In this document: positions 35,776 to 48,689 of the stretch, piece after piece
How positions within the stretch are numbered: position 1 is the first letter of the stretch
How the letters are laid out: each line of letters opens with the position of its first letter
Assembly (NCBI GenBank): GCA_024679065.1
Contig: JAGIQG010000011.1
Span: forward strand, 60,264,001-60,328,000
Direction: 5' to 3'
Length of the DNA: 64,000 nt
Source: Sphyrna mokarran
Taxonomy: Eukaryota
Notes under the pieces: model-generated
Databases searched by the model: none
Seen by the model: only the letters and a program-made list of their open reading frames with translations
Told to the model about the DNA's origin: nothing
Position numbers and translations under genes: made by a program

Positions 35776-35874
35776 TATTATCCCATCTTGACAGCCTCAC
35801 CATTTAGATTGACAAAACAAATGAAAAGCATATTACAAAAGTTCATATTGAAGCATGCCTGCTACTGAGTAGAA

Positions 35875-35991
35875 AGTCACACAACACCACTATCAAATTA
35901 CTATCAAATAAAATGGTTGGACTTTAACCTGGTGATGTGAGACTTCTTACTGTGTTTACCTCAGTTCAACACCAGCATCTCTACATCATGG
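35875..35991 (+). mobile_element. Short PLE terminal fragment, hammerhead part missing, 12-bp TSD
   Basis: Perfect direct repeat tactgagtagaa at 35863-35874 and 35992-36003 flanks gttggactttaacctggtgatgtgagacttcttactgtg...catctctacatcatgg. Confidence 0.7.
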
Positions 35992-36574
35992 TACTGAGTA
36001 GAACAAAGCTGCCTGATGTTGATTCTAATTCAGGGAATTCCAATTGAGTTTTTGAAGTAAACATTGAAAGGATCTAAGATTAAATACATTCATGCATGAT
36101 GGCAAGGAGTTTCTAATGATAAAGGCATTAGAATCTAATGTAATGGTGGAATTAATTTTAGGAGGATATTCTTTTCCAATGACTTTAACAATGCTGTAAA
36201 TGGTCAAAAAGGAATAACTGTTTGTGTATACAGAATTAGGGGAAAGCTTTTATGTTCTGAACACAAGAACCCATTTGTAATACAAATGCACAATGTAAAC
36301 ATCTTGTCACCTTTAGTAAAAGTACAAAGTGTACTCTCATGTTTAACTCTGCCCAGGTATAATGTACACACTCTAAAACTCTCCCTACTCTCTAACTGCA
36401 AGATAACACAAAAGTTCAATGCTTTTTGTTACTGGTTGTAATGCAGTAAATGTATTTTCTTTCTATGGATTTTACTTTTTCTAAAGAATGAATTTTGAAA
36501 GTTCTGGACCATTTTCATAATAGTAATATAAGGCATTAGCCCCTCAAGCCTATTCCACCATTCTGACCTATATA

Positions 36575-36890
36575 TCATAGAATTCCTACAGCACAGAAGG
36601 AGGCCATTTGGCCCATTAAGTCTGCACCGACCCTCCGAGTATCTTACCCAAGCCCTATCCCCATAACCCTACGTATTTACCCTGCTAATTCCCCTAACCT
36701 ACACATCTCGGGACATTAAGGGGCAATTTAGCATGGTCAATGAACTTAACATGCACCTCTTTGGAGTGTTGGAGGAAACTGGAGCACCCGTAAGAAACCC
36801 ATGCAAACTCCACACAGTTACTTAAGGTTGGAATTGAACCTAGGTCCCTGATGCTGAGAGGCAGTAGTGCTAACCATTGTGCCACCCATA
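36575..36890 (-). mobile_element. HE1 SINE (tail A)
   Basis: tcatagaattcctacagcacagaaggaggcc...gtgctaaccattgtgccacc. Confidence 0.88.
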
Positions 36891-37199
36891 TAAAGGCTGT
36901 TCTGCAACCTAACTCTGTGGATGGAATGTTCTGCTCCAATGACGGGGTGCAAATGGTGGTTGGGAAAGTCATTGTTTTTCCCATTGGCCAGAGTGACAGA
37001 TATCTGCACCAGATGATTTGCTTCTCACCTCATTATGTATGGATGAATGAGCAACACATCGTATCTCGAGGCAGGGTGAGTCAGAAATTGCTTATCCCAC
37101 CATTACCTCGTCAGCATTTGAATATTTTTCTGGGTGATATATTTAAACAGCACCCGTGTACCTATTCATTGTCTGTAGCCCAAGACATACTGTAATGAG

Positions 37200-37440
37200 T
37201 GATGGTTCTCAGAAGAGACAAGCACTGTCTCCTGAAGTTCACTGACAAGGAACTGGCGGCCTTGACTCCTCCAGTCAATCAAAGAGCAGTGGAAAATACT
37301 TTCCCCCTGTGATGAGAATTGGAGGTCCACCAATCTCACCAACAAGGCTTGGGAGGAGGTCGCCAATGCAGTTAGTGCCTACGCTCCTCAAAAAAAGGAC
37401 TACTATGCAACGCAGGAAGAAGGAGAGGATCTGCCAAATC
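37200..37440 (+). pseudogene. Myb/SANT-like DNA-binding domain remnant of a PIF/Harbinger transposon
   Basis: KFTDKELAAL ... AWEEVANAVSA..P.KRT.MQ.RKK..DL read across frameshifts. Confidence 0.75.
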
Positions 37441-37929
37441 AAAATCCATCTCACTCACAATTCACATTCTCATAAGACTGTCAGGCAGTCACAGGGTTAC
37501 AGTCCACAGGGACCTTACACACTATCAGCACAGGGACAGCATCACTGATTCTTGCTCACACTCTTTTACACCTTCATCTGTCGTCACATCCTGCACAAGT
37601 CAAGTCTTTCATCACTTACATACATTCAACACACACATGCTGCAGGGAGGCATACTTATTGTATGCTTTGACATTTGTCCTGCTCACAGAGTGTCCAGCT
37701 CTCCTCATGCAAGAAAAGATTACCCACAACAGCAGGGAGGGATCCCTGTGTGCCGGAGTTCAGGCCACACGCCCACTTTGGAATAACAAGCAGCAGAGCT
37801 GACTGACGAGGACAGGAACTTGCCCCGAAGGTGAAATTGGTGCCATTGAGGCCCCATCCACGAGTCTTCGCCCACTTCCCACCTCCCCTCCTCCTTATTG
37901 GAAAAGATGTGCCACTCCTCCATCTGGCA

Positions 37930-38760
37930 ACCCATCCCCTCTTTGGAACACAGGTTGTGTAGAGCACCACAAACAATGATGATGCAGGACACCATCTGGG
38001 GAGACAACAGGAGAGCATCATGACTGCTCCAGACTCAGAAACACATCTTCAATATGCCAATGGTCTGTCAATGTACCTCTCCTCCACTGCACTTTGTGGC
38101 CACTGAACTGGTGTCATTAGTCTTTCGAGGATAGCCTTTGTCATTGATCAATTAACCTAGATTACCCTGCAGATCTTCCAAGATCTGTAACATCTGTGAG
38201 TGACTCAGGGTGTAAGGGCCATGGGAGCTCCTGGAGTATCTTACATAAACCTGTGTAACCTGCTTTTGATGGTTATAGATCAATGCATGTTGCAAGAGTG
38301 AAAGACTTTTCTATTGGTGAATTTTTGTGGCTGATGCCAGTGAGCTCTTAAAGCCACATGTGCAGTTGATGGTACCCTTCACTTATGGGAAGCTGAAGAT
38401 TGCTGCAAATTCCACTGCTCTGGTATCTTCACAGGCTTCATCCAGGGACAACTGGATGTAAATGTGTGTTTTATTCATTAGGGTGTTGGTAATCTCATAG
38501 GTGTTTCCAATGGAGCCCTGGAATGAGCTACCCGCAAAAAATGTTAAATATGGCAGTCCCCTTTAGAACCATAGTCAGTGGATGGTTTCCCAGTCATGTG
38601 GCATTGGATCCTCCCAAAGAATGTGGCAGAAGTGAGCCACTACATACGTTCTTTGACTAGCGAAGATGCCTGCGGCATTGTGCCTTGCCCATCTGCAAAT
38701 ATGAGAGGTACGTTTAGTTCACTGTGGATCATGCCAAACATCACCGTGGAACTGGCCTCT
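37930..38760 (-). pseudogene. HARBI1-like (PIF/Harbinger DDE) transposase remnant
   Basis: Motifs occur in order across frameshifts: SYLQM..AQCRRHLR, SSFQGSIG, EFAAIFSFP..GTINCT, NRKVFHS, NDKGYP..LMTP, IGILKM.F and SPQMVSCIIIVCGALHNL. Confidence 0.85.
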
Positions 38761-40057
38761 GCACCTCAGCTTCTGGGTTTACATGGAACCCCACTGCCTT
38801 ATGCTGTTCATGTCGAGATTCTCCCTTTCTCCCACTAGGCAGCGATGGGCCCTTCTTCTCTTTCTCAGTTCTGTGAGAGCCGTGAAAAGTAGTGTTACCT
38901 ACTGCTCCATTCTGAACTCCTGCTTGTCCCTGCGGAAATATCGTACAGAAACATGATTGACCATTTACCCTGCAATGATCACAGTCCCTTGCCAAGATCA
39001 GGAGTCACTGTACAGTCCTTTGATAGCCCTCATTTCAGGCATTCCATCCCCAGACCCCCTCATTCAACTTCAGAATTAAAGTTATCCTTTAATAATTTAT
39101 AATTCTCATGGCATCATAAAATTTATCTACAAGTCACACTGGATGATTAGTCATGCAGCCAGGTAAATAGGCAAATCTCATTCAAGATATAAAAGGACGA
39201 CACTAACTTATTTATAAGGAACATAATTGTTGATCTGCGACTGTTCAATTATAATTAAATATTCAATGGAATTTTTCATAAAATTGTTTTAATAATACAC
39301 CAAGTACAAAAGGATGGCATGTTGGTCCTGTGTGTAACAGTACAAAAATATACATAAGACCAATTTTACAATCCAGATTGAAGAATGCCAGGGCTGCTAT
39401 GAGCGTGACTGGAATGCACAGATTTTGCAAAGTTAAACCCTTTAACTTTTAATTCAACTCCCACTGTGGATTTCAGGAGTGCAGGAAATGGATTAGCAAG
39501 TGGGTGTGAAATTCGATAAGGCAGCTCGTCTTTTAATGGTTTCTGCTAGTATTTAGTGATGAACAGTATTTCTGCATCGGTGACTGTCAATAATGATGGA
39601 TTTAGGAAAAGGGGAATTTGATCTGCAATCTATTTATGACATGGGTGGCCCCCTATTTAGGTTTTGGGTGCAAAATGTCTGGATGTAGGTAGATTATTGT
39701 GATACTTGGTGCATTGTGTCCAGAAGATGTCGAAGCAAATAAGATAGCAAGCCACAGCAATGGAATACAACTGTAGATGATCTTGATCTTGAAGAATGTT
39801 ATTGTTGTGCTGTAAGAGACAGAGCTGAAACACTATCCTTTTCATCTGATGCAGAATGTGAAGTGACCTTTCCACTTTTTTCTACTTGAATTCATGTAGT
39901 TAGATGAAGTAGTTTCTAATGCAAGCTTTAATCATGTAAGGTGTGCTGCAAACTAACACTGCCACTAAAATCTACATACATGTTGCATAACATGTAGCGA
40001 GAGCATAGACATGATTGCCATACCATAAAACGTCTAATATCTTTATGATATTTCAAA

Positions 40058-40400
40058 GGGAAGGTGATGGCCTAGTGATATTAGTGCTTGACTATTAATT
40101 CAAAAACTCAGCTAATGTTCTGGGAAGCCGAGTTCAAATCCTGCCATGGCAGATAGTTTTTGTTGAATTCAAATTCAACTATCTGAAATTAAAAATTTGC
40201 TGGTGACTATAAAACCATTGTCAATTGTCAGAAAAACCCATCTGGTTCACTAATGAACTTTAGGAAGGAAATCAGCTGTCCTTATCTGTTTTGGCCTACA
40301 TGTAACTCCAGAGCCACAGCAGTGTGGTTGATTCTCAATTGCCCTCAGGCAACTAGGGATGGGCAATACATGCTGGCCATGTGTCACAAATGAACTAAAA
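40058..40400 (+). mobile_element. tRNA-derived SINE sharing the LINE-B 3' tail
   Basis: A box tggcctagtga, B box gagttcaaatcc, and end ggcaactagggatgggcaatacatgctggcc as in 6502-6531. Confidence 0.78.
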
Positions 40401-42299
40401 ATATCTTGGGCCTGGGAATATTCCAAAAACAGTCAATCCTACTTTGTTCTGGGGCTACACCAGGGGAGACAGGTGTCCTGGCTATGGCTTTTGAAAATCT
40501 AGGCACCCTATAAAAATGAATGCCCTTGATGCCCAGGGCCTGAATAATTCTTTATCTGTCTCTAGTCAGAGTTAGGTTCCACTAGGTCATGTTTAGTGAC
40601 CACTTCCGCACAAATTTTCTTTTGCTTGCCTTCTAAAATTTCTTTGCCCAAGAACTAAGGAATCTTTTTAGTGGATTATATATAAAAGAAAAATGGGCCA
40701 TTCATTGATAGGCTTTATCAGGACCTCAAACATGAAAACACATCTTTGCAGTGTATAAAAATGCATTGTAACATTTTCCCTGGGAGTTCTACATCCTGTG
40801 TGCAGCTAGTATATCAAATATGAAAGCTATATTTAATACTGTATAAATAGGCATTAAAGCCACTCACTATTTAAGCCATGAAATTCACTATTTGAAACCA
40901 TGGATATACTGAAGAATGAAAATGTCAGTGGGTGATATATTTTTAAAAAGCACAGTCCGCAAAAAAGTGAAAATCTGTTTTCTATTTTAAGGCTGTTGGA
41001 ATTGTTTAAAGGATTTAATAGAATTTAAACAAGAACTACCCGGGTCACACTAAAGGATTAAGAATGTGCCACTTGGACATGTTTAGATATTATTTTAATT
41101 TTTAAAAATCCTGCTAATAAATATCAATGTTTTATTTTAGCTTGAGCTTTCAGCAGGCTAGTTAATGTCTTTGCCTATTTATTAAAACATTAGAAAGCTG
41201 ATGTTCCTGCTGCTCTGTGGCAGCAATTAATGTGGAATGTCCTACTGCTTTCAGGAACCAACCAAGCAACCAACATTGTTCTCAGAGACAATTTCAATGA
41301 AGGAAGTGCTTTGTAGGTGCGCTTAGAATTCAATCTTCATTGCAATCTTGGAAACTCACCAATCTATGTGTAAAAGTCTACAACATCATAAAAAGCAAGG
41401 GTCAGAAGGATAATTTAAACTATGTAGCTTCATCATCTGGATTCCTTCCTATGAAAAACAAGTTTTTTTTGGAAGATTTCTAAAAATTTTAATTTGTTGG
41501 AATGTGGATGTCTCTGGCTAGACCAGCATTTATTGACCTTAAGAATGTGGTTCAAAAGCTAGAAATTGAATTTGCCACACTTTTGATCAATGGAAAAATC
41601 AATAGCAAGATGAGTGTCACACAAACGAATATGTTTTAGTCCACTCCACTCCATCCTCATCCTCTGTCACACCCCAGAGCACTGAAGGGAAAATGTACAA
41701 ACCCCAGTGGAATACTAAGGATTAGATTCATCCTCCCCACTTGATTCCAAACTACTTTCACCTTCATCCGCTGAACAACAAAGCATTTTCCAACTTTTCC
41801 CCTACAATACACATGCATGCTTCCCCATTAGATACATTATCCTTAATATGCACACTCCCCCCTCCCCCCCCCTCCATGGACATATTCCCCAAAAATGCAC
41901 ACTTCCTCAATATAGACCAGATCAAAGCATAACAAAAGCATTCTTTATTTTGAATTAATCTTTTTTATCCCAACTGCAAAAGTGAAAGCTTTCTGCAGGT
42001 ACAGAAAATAACATTAAAAAATCACACATGCAGGATTCCATTTACAGCAAAGAAATTAATGTTTGGATAATTTGTATCAGTGATGTTAACACAGGAACAT
42101 CTAAAGACTCATTTGCTTTTCCTTGTACAATGCCTTGGAATCCATTATTCTCTTTCGAGAGTGCAGAGTTTAACATCCTATCTGGTAATATATACATCAG
42201 ATATAATGGAAATCCTAGTATATAGAGCAATTATCAATACTCCTGTACTCTAGTGAGACCTGGACAATGTATCGACATAAACAAAGAAGGTAGAAGATG

Positions 42300-43660
42300 T
42301 CGTTGATAGTGCTATCAAGTGTCAATTAATCAGCAATAATCTGTACACTGACGCTCACCTTGCATGCCACCAGAGCCATTCAGTTCCTGACCTCATTATA
42401 GCCTTAGTCCAACATAGACGAAAGAGCTGAACTCAGAGGTTGCCCACAATATCAAAGCAGAATTTAAGTAAGTGTGGCATCAAGGGGCCCAAGCAAAGTT
42501 GTCAAAAGAAATCAGGGAGGAAACTCTCTGCTGATTGGAATCATACCAGCACAAATGAAAATAGTTGTGAATGTTGGAGGTTAATTGCCTCAGGCACAGG
42601 ACATCACTGCAGGAGTTCCTCAGGATAGTGTCCTAAGTCCAAACATCTTCAGCTGCTTCATCAATATCCTTTGCTCTACAATAAGCTCAGAAGTGGAGAT
42701 GTTTGCAATAAACAATGTTTAGCGCAACTTGCAATTCCTCAGATGCTTAAACAATCTATGTCCAAGACCAGGACAACATTTAGACAGTATCATTAGCACC
42801 AAACAAGTGCCAGGCACTGATCATCTCCAACAAGAGAGTCGGACTATTACTGCTTGCCATTCAGTGCTTATTATGCTGAATCCCTCATTATCAACATCCT
42901 GGGTGGATTACCATTGATCAGAGATTGAACTGCAGTAGTCAGATAAATACTGTGCTGTAAGAGTAGGTCAGAGGCTGGGCAATCTATGTGGAGTGACTCA
43001 CCTCCAGACTCCCCATCCACTATCTTCAATATTCATTCTCTCCACTACTGATGCGCAGTGGCAGTAATATATACCATCTATAAGGTGCACTGGAGCAACT
43101 CACCAAAGCTCCATTAATAGCACATTCCAAACCCTTATCATCTACCACTGAGGAGAACAAGGGCATGGGATGTATGGGAACACCACCATGTTCCCCTCCA
43201 AGCTGCACACCCCTCTGACATGGGAACTATATTTTGTTCTTGTTGTGATATTCTAACAAAGGGAATACGCTAATAAAAAAGTAGCCAGAATGCAAACCAT
43301 ATTATCAGCAGATATTTTTTCAGCGAAGCTTTCACTTTGGCTGGCAGCATGATGAGATTGCAGTACTTCCCTATTAACAATACTAGTTGAATCTTTATAG
43401 CAAAACTGCCTGCTCAGCAATCATATACTACATTTCCAAATAAATCAAACTAACATTTAGTTCACCAACCTGAGTTTGATAAGTTTATATTAAGTAGATT
43501 AACATCCTAGAACTCTGATACTCAAAGCACTTTGGGTCTATCTACACCAAATGGACCAGTGGTTCAAGAAGCTGGTTCATCACTTTCTTCTCAAGGGTAT
43601 AGGGGATGGGCAACAAGTGTTGACCTAGATTTGCAATACCCACATCTGTGAAAAGATTAA
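42300..43660 (+). mobile_element. LINE-B RT-to-tail fragments (42300-43240; tail piece 43505-43660)
   Basis: GVPQ.SVLSPNIFSCFIN motif (caggagttcctcaggatagtgtcctaagtccaaacatcttcagctgcttcatcaat) and the LINE-B 3'UTR. Confidence 0.78.
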
Positions 43661-44605
43661 AAAAGCAGTATTTCCGCCTCAATCCCTGAATTCAGTGAGT
43701 GGATCATCAAACAAACACTGACATCCTTTTTGAAGCGAGTTGCACGAGCATTCAAGAAAAACACCTGCAAATTCAACTTCAATGGACTGGACATCATAAG
43801 CGGAATTTTCCTATCCCATCTGCCATGAGACTGGTGGGACACTGACCATGCAAAGACCTATTTACCTCGGGGTTTTCCAGCTTTGGGGTGAGCACAAGAG
43901 GAAAATCTCATCCTGTGTCTCGATAGCTTGAAATCACCTTCCCCACCAGGATCTGTTTTCTCAGCTGTCAAATAGCCAGAGTTCCAGGGCAGGACAAGGA
44001 CAAAGTTTCAAAGACACTCTGAAATACTTCTTAATAATATGCTAGGATTTTATTAATGACTGGAAGGAATCTACTGTCAATCATTTAGAATGATAACTTG
44101 TCCATTAAGCTACATCACATTAGGAGACAAGTGGCTGCAGAGAAGAAAATCCTCTACTCTGGGTCCCATTACCTTGTGGGACATTCTGAGTTAGGTGCCC
44201 AAAGATCTGCAGGTTGTGAATTGACCTGTTTGGTCAGTTGAAGATACTCTGAGGAGATGCCATCCTCAGATTGAGGGACAACTGCCACTGTTGATATGAG
44301 TCCCTGAGTGCTCTTTTAATACTGCATTGAAAAGAAACCACATTCTTCTAGGAAATCAGTGTGTTAGATGTTAAATTTATTTTGTAGTAAGTGTATTCTA
44401 AGGGTTGAAGGGTTATGGGGAGAAGGCAGGAAAAAGGAGATGAGGAGCATATCAGCCATGATTGAATGGCAGAACAGACTCAATAGGCCAAATAGCCTAA
44501 TTCTGTTCCTATATCTTATGAATGTTAAGAGAAGAATAAATTATTAATTTGACACTGTAGCTAAAATTAAAAACAGGACAAATGGAAAGATTTAATGAAT
44601 ACATA

Positions 44606-45679
44606 GGGGGTGATTCTCTCAAAAAATTTCTAAGTGTTGAATTTGCAGGAAAACTGGTGTAAATCGGGCTGTTTTTCTCGGTGGGAGTTCACACTCGAAC
44701 CTCCTATACTTCGTGCAATGCAGAGGTCACAATCATGAATATCATTAAAAACTCAGGTGGGGAACAGGGCCTATTCATGCCAGAGTTGAACACTTCTGGG
44801 TCTCTGCTCATGCGCAGTGGCCCTGAACTGTCAGCATACAGTTTGCTAGCCAGTTCAGTTGCTGACTAGCCCATGACCTCCACAATGCTGCTCCTCCCAG
44901 GGCCTGATTGCAGCCCACACCACCATTCCCAAGCCAATCCTCCTTTCCCAGAGCACTCTGATCTCCCCCACCTCTCCTGCAGCAGTAACAATGACTCGCG
45001 GCAGATCCCCACCCACTAGAGGCAGACTTCCACAGTAGACACCCCACCTCCTGACAGACCTCCCCCAGGCCAATACTCACACCATGGGAGGCAGTTCCCC
45101 CTGGCAGACCACCCACCCCCCAGCCCACCCTAATCACTGGATCCTCTCCAGCTTCGACCAATCCCCATACAAAGTAGCAGCAGGATCCCCCTCCCCCACT
45201 GATTGCACTTAGGCCTTGCTCCCAAGGTGCTGCCCCCTTGACACTGCCTGATTCCTCATGGGCAGTGCCAACATGCTCCTTGGGCAGTGCTGGGACACAG
45301 GCTGGAACTGCCAGAATGCCCATGCCCTGGAGGTATCACACCCTTTGCCTGATGCCCTGGGGGGTCCTGATTGCCCTCCTTCAGTCCTGCAGGGTCTCCC
45401 GCTTGTTTCCTGAAAGTTGGGAGCTAGTCTGAACCCCGCCAGAATGAAATTACACTGACAGGGTGAGAGATGCTAGTGGGCCCAGAGACATAATGAAGTT
45501 AAAAATAGGTTAAAATTACCTCTTGTTCCTGCCAGTTTCCAGCATAGACCTGACCGTGCTGGATATCCAATCGAAAATGCCTAATCGAAAATGCATTTGC
45601 CTCAGGAATGCATGCATGAATCCCACAAATCAGTCCACACACAAATCTCCTACCTTGTCAGGACGGGAGAATTGCCTCC
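44606..45679. mobile_element. Non-autonomous TIR DNA transposon (PIF/Harbinger-like), 3-bp TSD ATA
   Basis: TIRs gggggtgattctctc / gggagaattgcctcc. ATA at 44603-44605 and 45680-45682. GC-rich interior with repeated ggcagtgcc motifs. Confidence 0.78.
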
Positions 45680-46144
45680 ATAATATCTACTTTGATGTCC
45701 AGTTATTCACAGACCTTGTAAATTGGATAGGCAATTGAACCTGCAATGAGGGGTAGTGTCAGCGATGTTAATGCATTGATCTGCTATTTTCAATAATCAT
45801 CATCAGGTAATATCACTGTGGCAATCTTTTGGTTTCAGACAATATTTTGACATTGGAGTAGAGTTCTGCAGAGTTGGATCAACTCAAGGTGCCTTTAAAA
45901 ATGGAAGGCAGGAATGAATCTTGAAGTCTTCCTCCTATTTCTGGGAGACAGGCAAGGGGGAGAAAGGAGGTGGAATATGAATCACACAGACAAGAAACCT
46001 GAACATAGGATAATATGAAATTAATGCTGAACTCAAACAGATTTCATTTTCACTGCTCCAAGGGCCTTAATCTGTAGAATGGGACAAAAATCAATATAGG
46101 TTAGTACCTTATTACAGTTAGAAATGGAGCAATTCAAATTTCAA

Positions 46145-47810
46145 AAAAATGACTGAGGAACTAAATTTGTATATTTTTCATTGCTTCTGTCTTCACAAAG
46201 GAAGATATGTACTGGCAGTTTTGAGAAACACAAATTTAATTGAGGAGCTGAAGGAAATCAATATTAATGGTTTTGGGGAAATTAATGGGATTGAAGGTGG
46301 TTAAATCCCCAAGGCCTGATAATCTTCATCCCAGAGTACTTAAGCAAGTGACCCTAGAAATAGTAGATCCATTGGTGGTCATTTTCCAAAATTCTTTGGG
46401 CTCTGGACTGATTCCTACAGGTTGGAGAGTAGTTAATACATGTCTGCTATTCAAAAAGGTACAGAAAACAGGGAACTCAAGACCAGTGAGTCTAATGTTA
46501 GTAGTAGAGAAGTTGTTAGTGTCCATCAACAAGGATTTTATAACACAACTATGGAAAGCAGTGGTATAATCAGACAAAGTCAGTATGGATTTACAAAAAG
46601 TAAACTATACTTGACAAATCTACTGGAATTCTTTAGGGATATAACTAGTAAAGTTCACCAAGGAAAACCAATGCATGTGGTTTATTTAGATTTTCAAAAG
46701 GCTTACAACAAGGTCTCATACAGCTGATTACTACGTAAAGTTAAAGCACATGAGGTTGTGTGTAGTGTCATGAAATAGTTAGAAAAATAATTAGCAGACA
46801 GAAAGAAAAGAATCTTTTTCTGACTGACAGGCAATGAGTAGTAGAGTACTACAAGGATCTATTCACACTATATATTAATGATTGGGATGAGGGAAGTAAG
46901 TGCATTATCTCCACATTTCAGATAATATAAAATTGGGTGGGAGGGTGAACTATGAGAAGGATGCAGACATGCTGCAACATGATTTGGCAGGCTGAGTGAG
47001 TGGACATCTGCATTACAGTTGCAGTATAAATGTAAGATTATCTACTTTGGTAGCAAAAATAGGAAGCAGATTATTATTTCAATGGATGTAAATAGACAGA
47101 AGTGGATACTCAGTGAGATCCTGGTCCTTGTGCATCAGTCACTGAAAGCAAGCACACAGGTACAATAAACAGTAAAGAAAGCAAATTGTATTTTGGCCTT
47201 CACGGTGAGAAGATTTGAATATAGGAATAGAGATGTTTTACTGCAATTGTATAAGATGTCGGTAAGGCTATACCTGGACTATAGAGTGCAGTTTTGGTGT
47301 TCTTATGTGAGGAAGGATGTTCTTGCAATAGAGGGAGTGCAGCAAAGATTTACTAGGCTGATTCCTGGCTTGGTAGGACTGCTGTATGAGGAGAGACTAA
47401 GTCAGTTAGGATTATATTCCTTAGAGATCAGAAGAGTGAGAGGGGATCTCATAGCAAGTTTTGAAATTCTAATAAGGTTAGACAGAGTTGATGTAGAAAG
47501 AATGTTCCTAATGTGGGAAAGTCCAGAACTTGGGGTCCTAACTCTTTAAGGACTGAGACTTAGTTTCTTCACCCAGAGAGTGGTGAATCTGTGGAGTTCA
47601 CTACCACAGTAAGTAGTTGAGGCCAAACATTGTATGATTTCAAGAAGGAATTAGATATAGCACTTGGGGCTAAAAGGATCAATTGATATGGATGGGGCAG
47701 AGGCAGGATCAGCGTATTGAATATGACTAGCCATGTTCGTTATGAATGATGGAGAAGACTCAAAGATCTAATGACCTAGGCCTACTTTTATTTTCTAGGT
47801 ATTATGTAAT
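46145..47810 (+). mobile_element. Decayed CR1 LINE (RT region to 3' tail)
   Basis: ORF fragments KSPRPDNLHPRVLK, RPVSL, QYGF..LTNLLEFF, VVYLDFQKAYNKV and VRLYLDYRVQFW, broken by stops and frameshifts. Confidence 0.92.
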
Positions 47811-48689
47811 CCCCAGCTCTTAAAGCATGAAAAAAAGACAGGTTGTAGTTGTCAGTACCTTGATTAACAGAGCATCCAAATATGGCTTAGAAACAAAATT
47901 ACTATTTGATCCTGCAGTTTTAAAATGTTTCATTATTGACGTTTTCCAATGGCTGCTAATGCGGCTTGACCCACGATGAATGCATGGCTCAGTTTCATAA
48001 GCTTGATGAGCAATTATCTCTATGGAAGTCTGAATTCATATTTTGATTGACATTAAGAGGCTAGTAAAGGATTAACTATCTTTGATGTGGTTCATGAATT
48101 GATGTTTATTTACTTTCTGGAACAGATTGATCACATACAAAAATTTAGAATTTCATGAATGAGATGTATTTCAGTGCCAAATGTGTATGTGTGAGAGTAT
48201 GGCTTCTGAAGTCAGCCCATAGTAGATATTGAATATGAGGTGACATGGGGGCACGAGAAGCATGGGAGGTTGGGTGGAGGTAAAAAGCTGAGAACTTGGA
48301 GGGAGGGGGTAACAACCTTTATAAGAGGGGCCTCCTGAGGCTCTCATACGCACAGAAAAAATCTGATCCATTGTGTGCCTGTTGAAGATTGTCAATGGAA
48401 TATTACACAAATGAGAATATTATTTCTCTTCTATTGAAATTTTGGACAAAAGTTGTAGTGCTTCATAATTGTAGTCAATTAGGTCGAACTACTGAGAAAA
48501 TATAAGCATATAAAATAAGAGCAAGAGTAAGGCTCCTTGAACCTGCTGTACCATTCAATAAGATCATGCCTGATCCTAATGTAACCTCAAGTCCACATTC
48601 CTGCCTATTCTTCTGTTAGCAGAGAATCATGGTTTAATTAATAATTAATCCAATGTTTCGGAATAATAAATTATTGATTCTTCATCCAT

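Noticed and set aside
43800-43913. Small MITE (gcggaattttcc / ggaaaatctcatcc)
   Set aside because: The inverted ends are short and imperfect and there is no TSD; too weak to list.
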